Positions 32,554 through 47,400 of a stretch of 64,000 bases of DNA are shown here, in pieces. Positions within the stretch are counted from its first letter, which is position 1. Every line of letters begins with the position of its first letter. The notes below the pieces were generated by a model. It searched no databases. It had not been told where the DNA came from and worked only from the letters and a program-made list of their open reading frames with translations. Location: the NCBI GenBank assembly GCA_002633005.1, contig NMRA01000122.1, forward strand, positions 624,182 through 688,181, read 5' to 3'. A program made the translations under genes and the position numbers. This stretch comes from Phoronis australis. Lineage: Eukaryota; Animalia; Phoronida.

Positions 32554-35500
32554 CTTTTGACACTGTATTAATTTTGCTACTTTAATTGTTTTTGAGACGT
32601 AATAAAAATTGCTCAAATTCTTTTAGGTTTTATATTAAAATTACGCTTTTGTGAATGTTTATTTTTATCACAACTTTTGTATAAGTGCCTTTGTCTTATA
32701 CGGTCACAAAATTTTGATTAGAATTTCATTGACATTTCCATATGCAAATCATGTTGTTCTCTTAACAATGTAGTAGAAATTAAGATTTTAAACTATTCAT
32801 GACTCTTTTAGAGGTTACCTATAGTAGTGTTTTGTATGAATGTACGTTCATTGTTTTCTAAATGTTATGTTTTCTGTGTATCTAGTCTTGAAATTTAAGA
32901 GGTCCATTTTTCTAAACATTTCATTTTGTATATAATGTATTCGAAAGGTTACATTTCAACATTACACTGTAAATATGTAAATCTTGAACCGGTGTGGAAA
33001 TATAGATTACAGTCATTTTAAGCCAAGACCAGGCTATCTGTTGGCCTTGTGATGTGGCCAACAGGTGGCGTGTAGACCAGACTTAAAAATGTTTGTGGTT
33101 ACACTGTATCATTATTGGGGCTCTCTAGCACTTCTATATTCTGACCCCTTAACAACCATCTCCTAAGGTACTATGCATTTTGGTGTTTTGGTTAGTTTTG
33201 TCACGATTAAAACTGCTTTGAATTAAATGTGATTTTTAACCCATGTCAAATCAACTGTATTGTTATGAGACTGATAAAGCTTTATAACTGTGCATAATTA
33301 ATGCATTTCAACTTGCTCAAACTGTTTTTATACATTTACAAATGCATTGGTTAAAAGTCCACCTGAGTTTTCTTCATGATGTTTTTTTAACCCGGGCAGC
33401 GCTCTTTAAATGTGTTATTTTATCAAGTATCTATTGTAAATAAAAATAATAACAGAACATATTGTTTTTACTTTGCTATTCTGGCACTGGTCGTTGAAAA
33501 GTTTACCCTCAGGGGCTAAGTAAACAGAACCTCCCAAGAAGGCTGGAGTACACCTGTTATTTTATATCTTTATCAACTATGCCAAGGGAAATATTTTGAT
33601 GTGTTATTAACAACTTTCAGTTTCCCAACTCTAGTTTCCAAAAACATTGAGGTTTTTCAACAATTGAAAGGTATCTAAAGTCCTAGAAACAAGTACAATG
33701 TCATGATATTTTGGACAGCTGAAGTCTATTCCCTACGCATGGAAGATCTTTGATACCACAGAAGGATGCATACCATGAACCATACGTAGTTGTTAAATTA
33801 ATGAAAGATTAATTTTATGTATATATTCACTACATTTAACAGCACAAATATCACTCTCTTATAGTAAATTATTACTACTAAATAGCATATTCTCTGAAGG
33901 CTCTATGACTATTTTTATTTTACTGGGAATTTCCGAAAATGGGCTCAAAGCCGTAATTTCGGAACATTTTCCAAAAGTGCGTGAATGGGCGTATTTTAGG
34001 TAACTGCATGCCTTGAAAATCTCAGTGATGGATTGTTCTGGATTACGTAGGTAAAAATTTGTTCATTTTGACAAGACATTTTATTTTTAGATCGCAATTT
34101 CACTCAAATGACTACAATTTAACGAGATATTGAGTGACTTTGTAATTAATCGTATTATCACAGTATGACAGTATGAAGGACAGTTTCCAAAATACGCTCG
34201 GGCGTGTACTCGGTTTCAATTGACGTTTTTGAAAGGTAGATTAAACAACTGAGTAAAAAGAATACATAGACGAAAAAACAAACAGTCTTTAATTCCGCCA
34301 GCTCATAAAGGATTCCGGCCGTAGACGCAAGGCATTTGCGAGAACATCTTGAGCAATCACGTGCTTCGCAGGGGATATCTGTATAAACAACATTTATTGA
34401 GGAACAACGTTAAAGAGATAAATTTGAATAATTCTCATCTACTAGAGAGTCCTCAAGAATGCTTATAATTTTGGAAATGAACGACGATGTAAATAAATAA
34501 TGCGACAATGGTCAGAGCGTGCTATATGAGAATGGTTTTCAAGTTACGGTGAGCAAAGATGCTGAACAGTTTTTCTTAAACTGAAAAGTGGAAAAGATTC
34601 CACTCTTACGGCAACAACAAAATGCCTGGCGTTAAAAGTAGCCTCGCCCCCCCCCCCCCCTCCCCCCGCTCAGTAATGCTAGGACCTCGTTAAAAAGCAA
34701 GGCTTCGTGAAATTACATGAGACATTACTGTGTATTTTAGATGAGAACAAGTGACTTTGTCTAGATTTTAGCTAGGTCCTAGCGTACTGTAGGTCCAAGC
34801 GTTATTGAACGCACGCCTGTATTAGACCAGTACTAAAGGGTTATGCTGTGAGGAAAGAAAGCATTAGTATCGTGATATTTCTGGCCAGGTACTCCGTTGC
34901 GTTACCACGGACTTGAAAACCATGCACACTAAACTGTCCAACGTTATAATACTTTTCCATAGGCATTCAGTGGAACTCCGTGAACATCTGACAGGAGGCA
35001 GTAGCAAATAGAATAGAAGTGATCCTGGCAGTTTGTGTTTGCATCTTGAACAGTTTATTTGGAGAGTTAGTTTTGCAATCTGGTCAAAACAGTATAACAA
35101 TGCATAACATGGGGTAACACACAACAATTAAAGTACCTCAGTTTGCCCTCCCCCCTGGCCCCTAACCCTGAGAAGGTAAGGGTTATACAACGGAGACTCT
35201 GACTAATTTGGAGATGAATTCATAAACATTGTCACTCCAGGATAATGTTTTATCAAAATATTATAGTTCAAAAGCTGACGGAATGTTTTATAAAATCGTT
35301 TGCAAAACGTCTTACATGAAATTCTTGCACTGTGCTGGTATCATATGTCATATTTATACACTCGCTGATTTGAGCTATGAGCAACATCGTTCAAAAGTTT
35401 TGGACTATAAAAGTCATATTTCTTGGCCAATTTTCAAAATTCAAAAACCTAATTAATCGTCGTGTACTTTTCATGAACTATCCACACGCTATTTTAAAAT

Positions 35501-37417
35501 GAAAACTTTAAAAAAATACTGTTGTCTTCCCTTTGTTTATGACTGAACACGGACAATTTCGCGCCTGATTATCCAAGTTCATCTTCAGAGAACAACAACA
35601 TCAGCTGAAGCTGAATGGTTTCTTTGAAGATAAGCGGCGGATTTTAAGGTAAGCGAACCGGTCGAGTCGATCGGTGCCAGGACAACTTGGTTCTCAACGC
35701 TCAAAAACTGACCTCAGTAATATCGCATGAGGGCCTGTGGAGGAGACAGGATGTCAGGATTCTTTTCATCGTTCGGCCGCCTGCCGATGCACAACTGAAC
35801 CTTTCTCTGAAGGATAGAAACATTGTTCAACAAGATACTTTCCCCAATGTTCCGTAAAGTTGATAATCCGTTTTGAGGCGGAAGGTCTTGACGATTTAGC
35901 AGACTTTGTAAGAATTAAATTCTGAAACTTTCGCTAAACGTTTGAACTATTTCAGTTCAAAGATTAAACGAACAAGGCGTACTTGGTATGTGTTCTTTGG
36001 CAAAAACAAAGGTTTAGTATCCTGAAAATTCGTCAAAGCCAGTCTGATTGCGCCAGAAGAAAGTCAACTATCGTTAATCTAAGTACAAAGATTGTAATGA
36101 CAGATGCCACTGATTCAAAGATAGAAGAAATGTCATGGCTAGTACTTACTATACTATTTATGATGACATTCGTTTCTATCAATTATTCATAATAATATAA
36201 ATGGATAGATTTTAATGACATTTTCTCAAAATCCGATAAACTGGATAATTCGAATTTTCCATATTTGAAGCGCTGGTCATCGTTTTTGTCAAAAGTTTCT
36301 TAAATTTTACTTCATGGGTATAGGTAAACACAGTACATAACATAATTGCCGAGAAACCGAGATGACATTATATGTGGCAAGTGCAGTGCTGAAACCAATA
36401 TAAAAGCTAGATACCATAACAACGATAGGTGTCGCTACTATTTTGCTGAGTTATTACGGAAGTAACGATTGCCTGGTAGCTTATACGCTTCATATCTTCT
36501 ATATCAGAACTAGATGAAGCTAAACAAATTAAATGATCAAAGTAGACATACGGCAAAATAGTCTTAAATGTGTTAAATAGGGATTGTTCTCTTCGAAATG
36601 TATTGCATAATAATTAGAAAATACTTGGTAATAAATTGTGTAATATGCTTTCATGTTTCTGTTACAATTTCTAACGTCGACAGATGTAGTAAATTACCGT
36701 CATTCGAGGCTAAATCGCAATCATTGTTACTCAAAAAATCTAAGTTGGTTGTTACTTTGTTAAAATTGCTATCTTTCTACCCAAATCAAGAGAATGTCAA
36801 AGTTGAAGATGACATCTTCTTGCAAAATAGCGTCTTTGTCCTGAAAAGTCATAATTGCCATCAAAATGCGGGGGTTCGTTTTTATGAAACAAATAACGCC
36901 CGGGTTTGAATCACATGCTGCAGGTGGGCTTACTGCGAACATTGCACTGTCAAAGTCTCCTTGTGTTTGGTATTAAAGGTACATTATCAGTTTAACGACT
37001 GTGTTTTTGGGGATTGTCTTTGAATGGGACAGACTTCTTGAATGTTTCAAATGTATGAAGTTGGAAATGAAGTGTCGTGATACCCTTCTAGCTTAAAATA
37101 GTTAAACCATTTAAAATTGTTAAATCGATTGTCATTAACCTTCGCATGGAAACTGTAATACGTTGCACGAGAGACATACGTTGGTCAGTACGGTTGAGCA
37201 AATCGTTTAGATATATGCGATACCTTTTTTGTACCAAGTAAAAACAGAATGCTTGTTCAGGTATTTGGACGATATCATAAAGGCTCACGATAAGGGTAAT
37301 AACGAATAGGCCTACAACTATGACCGCAACAACATAAAAAGTTGCTTCCGAAAGAGATTGCTTACGGATTACAACCAAAACAGCACCACAGTGTAAATTG
37401 TCATTTGCCTCTAGGTT

Positions 37418-37527
37418 AGCTCTCTCTCATCATCCTATCTCGCCCTCTGTATCCCTCCCCTTCTCACCCTCTTCCGTTTCACTCTCTTTTCCTCTCTCCC
37501 CTCACGCTCCCCTCCTCTCTCCTCTTA
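37418..37527. repeat. CT-rich low-complexity tract
   Basis: Polypyrimidine run on the plus strand. Confidence 0.75.
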
Positions 37528-40221
37528 AATGAATGACGCAACAGCACCCCATTTGTGTCATAATAAACAGATAAATGTACACAATGACGATGGTCATAAA
37601 CTAACAATGAATGGCACGGAGGGCACAAGTAACAGGGTTTCCTATGTTGAGTTAGGATCCTCATCCAAGACAGCAGAGAATCCCGCTTTCTGTCGAGGCC
37701 ATTCTACACGGCACAAGTTTTCCTGACTTCGTACATGACTTTTGGACTAGTGTCTATATACTCCGAATTTTCGTTATTCTACTTTATCTCGAGAAATCTT
37801 GTCCGAACGCCTGTTCGTGTACGGCAGTCGTATGCGAAAAAAACGAAAGCGTGTAAACAGGGTTTTCGACAGGAATTATAACAGGATAGCATCTGCACAG
37901 AACCCTAATAGATCTGCCAGTTTCAATGATGCAAAACTCAAATTTTTGTCCTCATTGACAAAGATGTGAAAAGACACTTCTTGCCGAGCGTCACGAAGAC
38001 GCTCATCAAAAGAGGATCTTGTACACCTATGTGGCGAGTGCTTCGATAACCACTGAGTACCGGTAGCAAAGAACACGCAAAACCCACAACAGGCACAGTT
38101 TTGTCAATTTCAATTAGTAAATCCTATTAAAGTATTAACCTACAGAAAAATCCAACTGGTTACCTGGGAAGGATGTCTTGCATAATACCAGGTGAGTAAT
38201 GATTTGAGAACCATTGTAACTAATGCGTGCGTTGAAAGGCTAAATGGATTTACCCAGTTACCTGTCAACTAATCGTCTCCGTACACAGCACACTTCTCCT
38301 ATGTCTCTAATTTGACCAAGCAGCAGCCAATCATATTCTCAACAAGACTCAGAGACTCATGCTAGTAATGGATTACAATTATTGATTTTTCTACAATTTG
38401 AAATTTTCTCCCTTTTTGATTGACACTTCAGATTTTTGTTTTCATTTGTCTGACTGTCTAGACAATAAAGCTCATCTCCCTGCAATTAATACGACTGGTC
38501 ACGTGGATAAATTGTTGACCTAATCATCTCGCTAATTTAACACCCCCACAATACCCCTATTCTACGTAAGTCACTGTACGTGGAGTATAAATACTTGTTA
38601 TATAACGATACGCGTCACCAGTGAACAGAGTATCAGCGGTTTACTGACAAAATACTCTTACAAAGAGCGGATAATATCCAATTGTCCAATCCTTTTCAAT
38701 GTTTCCAAACACACAATTCCTAGTGGTGACAGACGAAACGACTCCCCCGGTTGGTCACAATAGTACAGTAGAATTCCACTAAAAAGCCCAAGGCTCTTGC
38801 TAACGCATAGTAGTTATTCGTAAACATCCGACACTCCAACAGTTGAGGGCGTTCCTGTGCAATTTTTCTATAATATTATTGCGCATAATAGAGGTTTTTA
38901 ACAAGTTTTAAAAACACTGGTGACGACGTTCTGCGTCCCACACATGTTACATGTCCTGAGAACCAAAATTCTCACGTAGGTACATGTATCACGATATGTT
39001 CTAATGAATTTTAAGCCCCTCACAAAAGTCGTAACTTCTAGAAATCTAACATAAACTTTCTAAATTCATAGCAAAAAGCACAATCCAGTACACACTTCTT
39101 GTTCAAAGGCTACAAACCAACTTAGGGCTACATAATAAAAACCAATGAATTTAATTCGCATTTAAATCTCCGTTGAGTTCTTTTTGGAACAGTTCCATTA
39201 AAATAACTACAAGAGGGGTTATACTTGGGTGGGCGGTCCGTTTTTTTTGAATAATTTACAAAATAACAATGTAAGAGTGTGCGTCGTTCAAGAAGATGCA
39301 ATTCTCGTGACTGAAAACGGTCTCACCGAGACCACTTGGCACGAGGAAACGAAAACCAATTTCGCTCTGTTTAATTAAAATCAATCAAAAGCTAAAAAGT
39401 CTATAGTAGGTTATTTAGGGTTTATGTTTCTCCATAAATGCTGTCAATAAGACAAAGTTAATCGTCTTTTGTTGTCCATGTCGACAGCAAGGGCCATTAT
39501 AGTAAGTGCCCATCTCTGATTCACGCGCACTGTCCGCCGTTCCTTAACAAATCTGATATAATTATAGATTCGTGGAAATCTACACGTTAAATGACAAATA
39601 CCTATTACATTCTCACAATGTGTGGCCCGTCGACAATAGGTCTCCCGTTGAACGGTGGCTTGAGATCGTTTGTCATATCCGCTACCTGAGGTTCACCTAT
39701 ACAGGTATAGTGGACAGGTTAATTACATGTCACGGTGAACGCCGTCATCTCACATTATAATAATGATCGACTGCTGTAATAACGCGGCAGTAGCCACCGT
39801 TTTCAAAGAGGCGCAAATTCCAAAGGCACTAGTCACTCGCGACAACGGGTTACACACTACTTTCACACGGATAAAAGGGGACGCTGCTCTTAACCGAATT
39901 ATTTTATCACGACCAGTTCATGAGACAAGACTTGTCGAAATCAAAGGAACTTTCGATTATTTTGACTGCCTGAGGTTTCCAGATAGAAACCACTTGAGTT
40001 GGAGAAGCCTCGCTTTCGTTCTGTTGTGAGTACAGGCTATTAACCACTGTTTTGAGTAAGGCGTTCAATTGACCAATAAGCATTCAGTCCGTGTGCATTG
40101 TATTGGAGTGATTTAGCTCAAGTCAGTCGGCATTGACAGTCGCTCCGTAACTCTCTGGATTAAACCGGTGTCTACAACATGTGAAGACGGTCTGTTGGAG
40201 ACCTAGATAAAGATATATAAC

Positions 40222-40285
40222 ATGAAGATGAAAGTGGATTTTACGTCCTCACTTGTGATTTTGCTACTTTTCGCCGCTTGTCAAG
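40222..40285 (+). CDS. Secreted Cys-rich protein exon 1 (signal peptide)
   Basis: Basic N-terminus, hydrophobic core, donor G|GTGAGT; phase 1 is compatible with the next exon. Confidence 0.72.
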
Positions 40286-41369
40286 GTGAGTGTTTGGCTA
40301 ACACGGTATAACCCCGCTTTTAACACTTTCATTTATCGATAATAAGAGTGTCAACACTTCAGGTGTTTACCAATGACTGTTGTCGGTGCTAGATTGATAG
40401 GTAGGTAGATTCAGTCGTGAGTACACGAGGCTGAGTATGTGAGATTAGACGTGAAATCACTGGATAAAATCACAGACAGATTTCTTAGACAGCAATGATT
40501 TCATAAAGCCATTCTGACTGTAAAGCAATATAGTTACACCGGCTCTGTGTTTTTTTTTTGTTGAAAGATTGGGCATGAACCAGTGCTATCAAGTCTAAAC
40601 TGAATACAAAGAGATTAAGGAAATCCCATAAACTGCCTGGATAACATGATCGTTTCCTGTTCACGAACGACTTATTCTTTTCCAAACCTTAACGATTTCT
40701 AATTGGCTATAAAAGCTAACTCCTCTGCACCATGAACCAAGATCTCCTGCGAAAATGCCCCATTTGGTTTTCCGCCGTTACATTCAATGTGGCTGCATAC
40801 TTCTGCTAAATGGCTTTCCCTAAAAAATCCCATTGTTTACACGTATTGTATCGCTAGCGGACATCTGATACAGGACATGACGGGTGGTTACAAAAAGTTG
40901 TTAAATACAGCATGTAAACTTTGTTAACACTTTCTGAGTCATGCTTAACAGAAAGTTTAGAAATCTGCCCCTTTTACTGCTTTCTTCTGGTCTGTTCGCC
41001 ATAATTAACGTAAATCATGCAGAATAAATAGACAATCTATACCATATTGTATTGACGATCAAGCCGTTTTCAAGCTGCGAACTGTGACTGGCTTCCTAGT
41101 CAGACACATGTCAAGTTGGTTATAAATCATATCTTTTGATGACTAGCTACTATAAACACAAAATATTTAAAGCCCGACACAAGTGGCTGTTATAAAGGTC
41201 ACTTAACATAACTGTCGGTTTTTGCTGCTGCCTGTCCCAGCCCTCGAGGAAAGAGATACTTAATAAGAAGCACAATTTCCCGCGAGAAATGGAGGAATTT
41301 ATTGTGTTTTGTGCAAAGAAAATAAATATATTGATTTATTTGTGGTGCACAATGGATTCAAACCAATAA

Positions 41370-41416
<47 letters not shown>

Positions 41417-44400
41417 CGTATGTCAAAGGTTGTTGGAAAATTGATGACATGTCACTCCGGTTTGCGATGTGAGGCGCATGGTCATCATGTCTGCTAATAC
41501 CCAGTACAACACAAAACATGTAACTGAGGGCATCAAATTCATGACCGAATCATCGGTGAAATTCACCGAAGCAATTCGTCTATTATCTCGAGTTACTACA
41601 TTTCTCGGTTATAGTAATTGTAACATTAGTCAACTCCAATCCAAAAGGTCACATTTCAGTCGATTTTTATGATTTATTTTTTTGCTGCCTGATACAAATT
41701 CATTGACCGTGCAAATGAGTCAGAATAAACGCCTACAGTTCAAAAAGCCATAAGCTGTGCAGTAAAATTATATAGAAGAGATAAAATCGTTGAATTGATG
41801 AAGCTCTTCCGCCAGCCTGGAGCCTAGCACAGACCACAAACAATGCACAGCGTTGATCACATTAATTTATATTTTGTTTTCACATCACTCGAATTGTGTT
41901 GTTTAAGTAAATGTAGGCCAATTTGAAAAATTGATACCAAGACGACAACATCAATGGGCTGTACCTGTAGTAGAATTTCAAGATAAACAGGTTCTGAAAT
42001 TATAGTAATTGTGTATTCATATAAAAGTACAATATTTTAGACAAAAATCGGAAGAAAATATTAATTTTCGTGAAATAAAGGTCATCACCCTTTTATAAAC
42101 GACCTCATAATCCCAAAACACGACCACGATTGAAAGACAACAACAAAGTATTGACTTAAAAACCCACGGATCAACATGACGAGCATGAAGTATACAATCA
42201 ATACATAAGAATACATTTACATACAGTAGATGTGTAGTATGGCCTGGTTAGTTATGACGTCAGAAATCGCAAGGATAGATGGGGAAACATGACCGGTTGA
42301 TCTCGGCTGTTGGTATGGGGGTGAGCTTACGTAATCAAATTATTGGTTGCAGAAAATCTGGTGAACACTACTGCAAAATTATCCAAATTAAAAACATGAC
42401 AGCTGAGAATGTCATTCCGTGCAACATTCAGGCCTGATTGAGTTGATTTGAAACTAGTAAACTGTATGGCAACGAACAGATTAGACTATGTATAGTCCGT
42501 TAAAATAAAAGCATGATAATGCATTAAAAACAGAGTTTGGAATTCCGATCCAAGAAATTTCGTATTTTATGTCCGTCTTATTTTGTGGTATCCAATTTAT
42601 TTTGAAAAGTGAGATATTTTGTAATTCAAAAATTTTCGTGTCGACATAAACTTTGGTTGTTACTTGATTCTTATTTAGGAGTAGTATTAAGAAATCACGT
42701 GGCACGTGGATCGGTCTTCCACGTCTACATGTTATAAATCAGTTCAATAGCAGACAGCTAGTAGCTGTGGTTTTATTTCGACAACTGGCTGGATGTGTTG
42801 TAACTATTTATTTCTGGCAATAAATGTTACGCAAGGTGCAATATTTTCGTCTGGTTCGTCGACGCCGTGATTGCTGTCGCCTCTCAGGTGAAACGAGGTA
42901 TTGTGTCGCTAACAATCACCGTTATGGTGCTGCCGGCAGGGCATTTACGTACCTGGAATCATTTCATCTCCAAAGAGTGTAACCGTAGGCCATTGACGGA
43001 CATAAGGAACCCTGTCGCAGTTGTTTTCTTAAGTGCAGTCATTAGCTTAAAATCAAAAGATGTAGATCCGTACATGTATTTAATTAAGTTTCGTGACATA
43101 ATTTGATGCCTCTAATTACAGTTTTCGAACGATATTTGCGATTTAGGCGCATAGGGACTCCCTAAGCTAATGCACCAGTTGAGATATTGCCTTGGTAATA
43201 AATTCGCTATACTCTTTTAAAGCCCAACATAACCTGAACTTCTAGCAAAGAATTTGTGAATTCTAATATTCTCACTTAGTCTACTCATACTCAGTGGGAT
43301 TCCAGGTAAATGTGTACCGCGTAGCACCCTGGAACTGGAAGGTTTTACCTCTCTTAGCTACTTTTGGTAGGATGATTATAACGGGCTTGCTGAACTTAAA
43401 CATTCATTCAGCAACCTAACCTCAATCTAGACGAAACCTGTTCTGAAGACCATCAAAATTTGCTCGCCCGTGGACACTGGTCAGTAAATGTGTATTCTGT
43501 CTACAGTATTCGCTATCTCATCCTCAATACATTGCCTCCATTGAAAGGGTAAACGTTTAGAGTGATGAAGGATTGATTGATCAATCGCGGTAACCACTAA
43601 AGTCGGGAGAGCTTTTGTGTTGCTGAAAACGGCGATCAAACAAACTGTTGTTGTTACGCAGGCAAATGCAGACAGTACAGTCAGCAAACCGCCAACAGAC
43701 TCACTTAATTTAGGAAGAATACGAGCTAATATTCACAACACGTTCCTGGTTCATTAACGATGATTTTCCTCGGTGACTAATAAGGCCCTGTAGTGATGGA
43801 TCACTGTACAGTGTTATTACGAACCCATGGTATTGCAGGCACCTTAGTGTGGACAGAGTTAGAAAAAGAGCAAAATTTACTTAAAGTGGCTATAAACGCG
43901 CCTTTCATCGCAAAAACATCTTTTTTTTGATTTAGACCATTTACCGGCATGAAATTCGTCTCAATAATTGTCCCTTCCGTCAAATTGGAAATATCAGGAA
44001 TTCGAAAGTACTGGCGGTAAATCGTTATTTGAGACCAAACTCTACAAGTTGGCCTGTCAAGCCAGGTCATTTTATACTCTAAGCATAGTCTGTATCAACG
44101 AGCTGTCAGCTCTTTGCAAACTGAGAAATCAATTCTCATGTAAAAACAAATCGAGACCAACTTTATTGCGGTTCGCTGCTTGGACGGGACGTGGGTTTAT
44201 CTGGCGCTTTAAGAATTGTGCATATTTAAATGAAACTCTTGTTCTTGGTTATTTCCACTCACGTGCTTCTGTCTAATGAAGTAACGAGACACGAAACCTA
44301 GGCCCCCACTTACACGACTAATTACTACCAGTTCTTCCAGTTTTCTTTAATGACTGATTTACACGAATAAGAACGTATTACGGGATTTCAGGCTTACAAA

Positions 44401-47400
44401 TATGCTATCTCATTCTGGCTGCATGGGAACTGGATGTTTAGTTTGTACAAGTGCTAAGGTCACGCTATTGAATGGAGATTTAGCTGGCACGAAACATGTC
44501 ATTACGAGCGAACTTGCGCTATTGTATAATCCTACCTCGAAAATCCTACCTCGAGGCACTGTGAATATAATCTTGGGAATTTCTGATTAAACTAGGGTAC
44601 AATGCGATTTCAGTATGGTATTGTCCAGTGGATTGAGTGAACGCCGTGTTTTAAGTATCAGCATTGGGCAAGGGGGATCGCGGCACCAGGGTATTTTGAA
44701 CACAAAAAGAAAGAACATTACGTAACACGGGCTATCGGAGGGATTCTACGAAAATATTATTTTTGTTCACAGCATCTCAATCGTCCCAGATTAAATTGTG
44801 GGATGAGCTAGGTCTAGTTGAAGTCCATTACACGTGACGCAGAGAACATGTCAATCTGACTGGGTTGCCGTTGGTATCAAACAGGTATTTAAGCCTCACT
44901 TGTCTCTGAATAGGAAAATGCCTAATTCGGAAAATCATGAAAAAGCAAACTGTATTAATAAACATAGAAGCTTTGAAATTCATCGAAAGAAATGTTAAAA
45001 TAACACAAAGCGAACAAAAGTTGGTTAGAGCTGTGGCGACACGTAAAAACACATAAAGCTAATAACATAACAAATAATTGTGTTAAGCGGGCAAGCTTTT
45101 ATGTTTTTTATTATTTCAACATGCGGTCGAATGTAAATATTTCGTTAACACGTGTTTGTCATGTCTGAGTTTGATCTGAAGTGAGCGCACGCGGATTTGA
45201 TGGTAGGCAGCGGAATGTTGTTTCTAACCCCCCTCACTTCAACATGAGAAAGGTGTAAGTTCCACGGAGAGGGAGGGACTGGTTTCGATTCCTAATTAAC
45301 GTGATAGACGTAAAACGCTGTTTGGTGAAAACTGTAGAGTTGCGCACTGGCGGATTTATTGTTTTACAAGACACGACAATGTACAAAGGACAGACGTTTA
45401 CGATAGCCCCCAAAACATAAACCTTCGCCGACGTTTGTTTTTTCTCATAGCCGGAGGCGGTGTTGTAGGCACCCTGTCCACACTAAATCCGCTTGTGTGC
45501 TACACGTTTCTTTTCGTACCTGACAAGAATAACGAATGTGGGAATGAAGCCTAAAGAGATGAAACAAATTTGTCATTCCCAATGGCATGTTTCCTCTCGA
45601 GAGGTGGCTTTTGAACTCACCCAGAATTCTTCCTGACCGTATCAGGCTCAAACAAGCTAGGCTCTGTTTCAAATCTCCAACTCAGTTCTTGAGATTGCCC
45701 ACAGACATCTCAGCTGGTAGAATTATGTTAAGATTAGTTTCCTAACCAACTGCAGATTATGGCGTGTTTGAAGTTGAGTTTTCCTGCGCTCAAGTCTAAC
45801 ATAACAGTAACGATATCGCTTTTTCGCCTTAATTGAGAACCGAGTTGAAAGGAAAAGTGTACACGTTTTTATCGCTGAGAAACAAGGGAAGATTCTCCTA
45901 TAGAAGAACTAAGTAATAATAACTTGACATTTCTTGTTATAAGCACTCTTCGCTGCTGTTTTTTATTATTGTTAAAGAAGCGATTGGAATCACTTTTTGT
46001 TATTGTTTAACTAAAAATTACTGAAAGTGCAACATAAACAGCGTGAGATTATCTTGAATAACAAAAAATTGGCCACGAATTATTGCGTTATTCGCTTCGT
46101 GTCCATTAAAATCCCCATTAATGTCATTCAATCCAAATTAATCCTGCGATGTATGCAGATAATACAAAAATTGTATTACTCTCAAGACTCAATGCCGAAT
46201 TACATATGGAATCGTCTCAACGCTGACTCGTTAATTTAGTATATAAGAATCGCCGACTGATTGCCCAGTAGTCAATCACTGTTCTTGACCATATTTGTGA
46301 GATAATTACAAGAAGCTTATCCAAAATCCATACTTTCTTTCTGGCCACACAGGATTAAATGCACATTTCGACATGCGAACAGATAGTCGTATTGATTTAC
46401 AGATCACTGATCCGATGAATTATTTATTGAAGTTTTCTCGAGTCTTGATAAATTAGTAGGGAATGAACCCTAATACAACGACCCCTTGTCATCGCAAAGT
46501 AATCTCGATTTCACTCACGAAGCACTTTTTGCAATAAGTTTAGGAAAATGGGAGCATCAACAAAATTTCATATTTTGAAGAATTTTTTATAAATTTACTA
46601 AAATTAATATCTATACGACTATTATTGCTGGAAAATTTTGAATTAAACCCAGTGTTGCAAACGCCTTTGCATAGACTGTCATTGTATTTATTTTTTAAAG
46701 TAGTCCCCAAACTTAGTGCATTTACATGTAAAAATAGACAATGTCAAAGCAACATTCATGGAAAAGCTTCTCAGAGCGCATTACATAGTTTAACTAACAG
46801 AAAATACCAACTATGAGCGAAAACATTATGAAAAGGAGTCTAATTATTCAACTCCAAGAAAACATAATTTTGTTTTTGTGTTTGGGTACAGTTAACGAAT
46901 TGGAGAGAACACGATCCGTTGTACCGTGTGTGCTGTGATAGTTTGGAAAATTTACAATGAAGTTGTTCTTTTTTTCTGTAAAAAACAATTCTTTATGAGA
47001 AACCTGTTTTCTTTTCACGAACATCTGTTGGAAGAAATTAACTAATATGTAATATAACTTTTTAATCACTTTATCATGGCGCATCGTTGCAGCATAATTG
47101 CATCGGCTAAATAAATCGGCATTGTTGAAGCGATTAACGCCTTCAGATTACTGTATTTTGATATTGCAGACAAAATAAAATAACTTCGGCTACTGCCTTC
47201 GCCCTATGGGGTCGAGTATCCATCTTGTTAAAACTCATTTGTTTTTCTTTGCGATAACAAACCGACACCGTTAAAAGCCCTAGCTGTGACTCATACAGAA
47301 CAATAGGTTTGCAGAAAGACGCCCTCTTGAACATGTGGATATTTTGGAATGCTGTCCTCTTTGAGGAATTTTATTGCGCTATATTTTTTAACAAACGCTC

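Noticed and set aside
33500-40100. Additional protein-coding gene in the intergenic region (isolated donors near 35648 and 38191)
   Set aside because: No phase-consistent chain of exons or recognisable peptide; these may be UTR exons or TE debris.
21400-40200. miR-137, which neighbours DPYD in human
   Set aside because: By eye I found no TTATTGCTTAAGAATACGCGTAG or its reverse complement, only a seed-length partial match (aagcaataa near 23644). An Rfam/miRBase scan would settle it.
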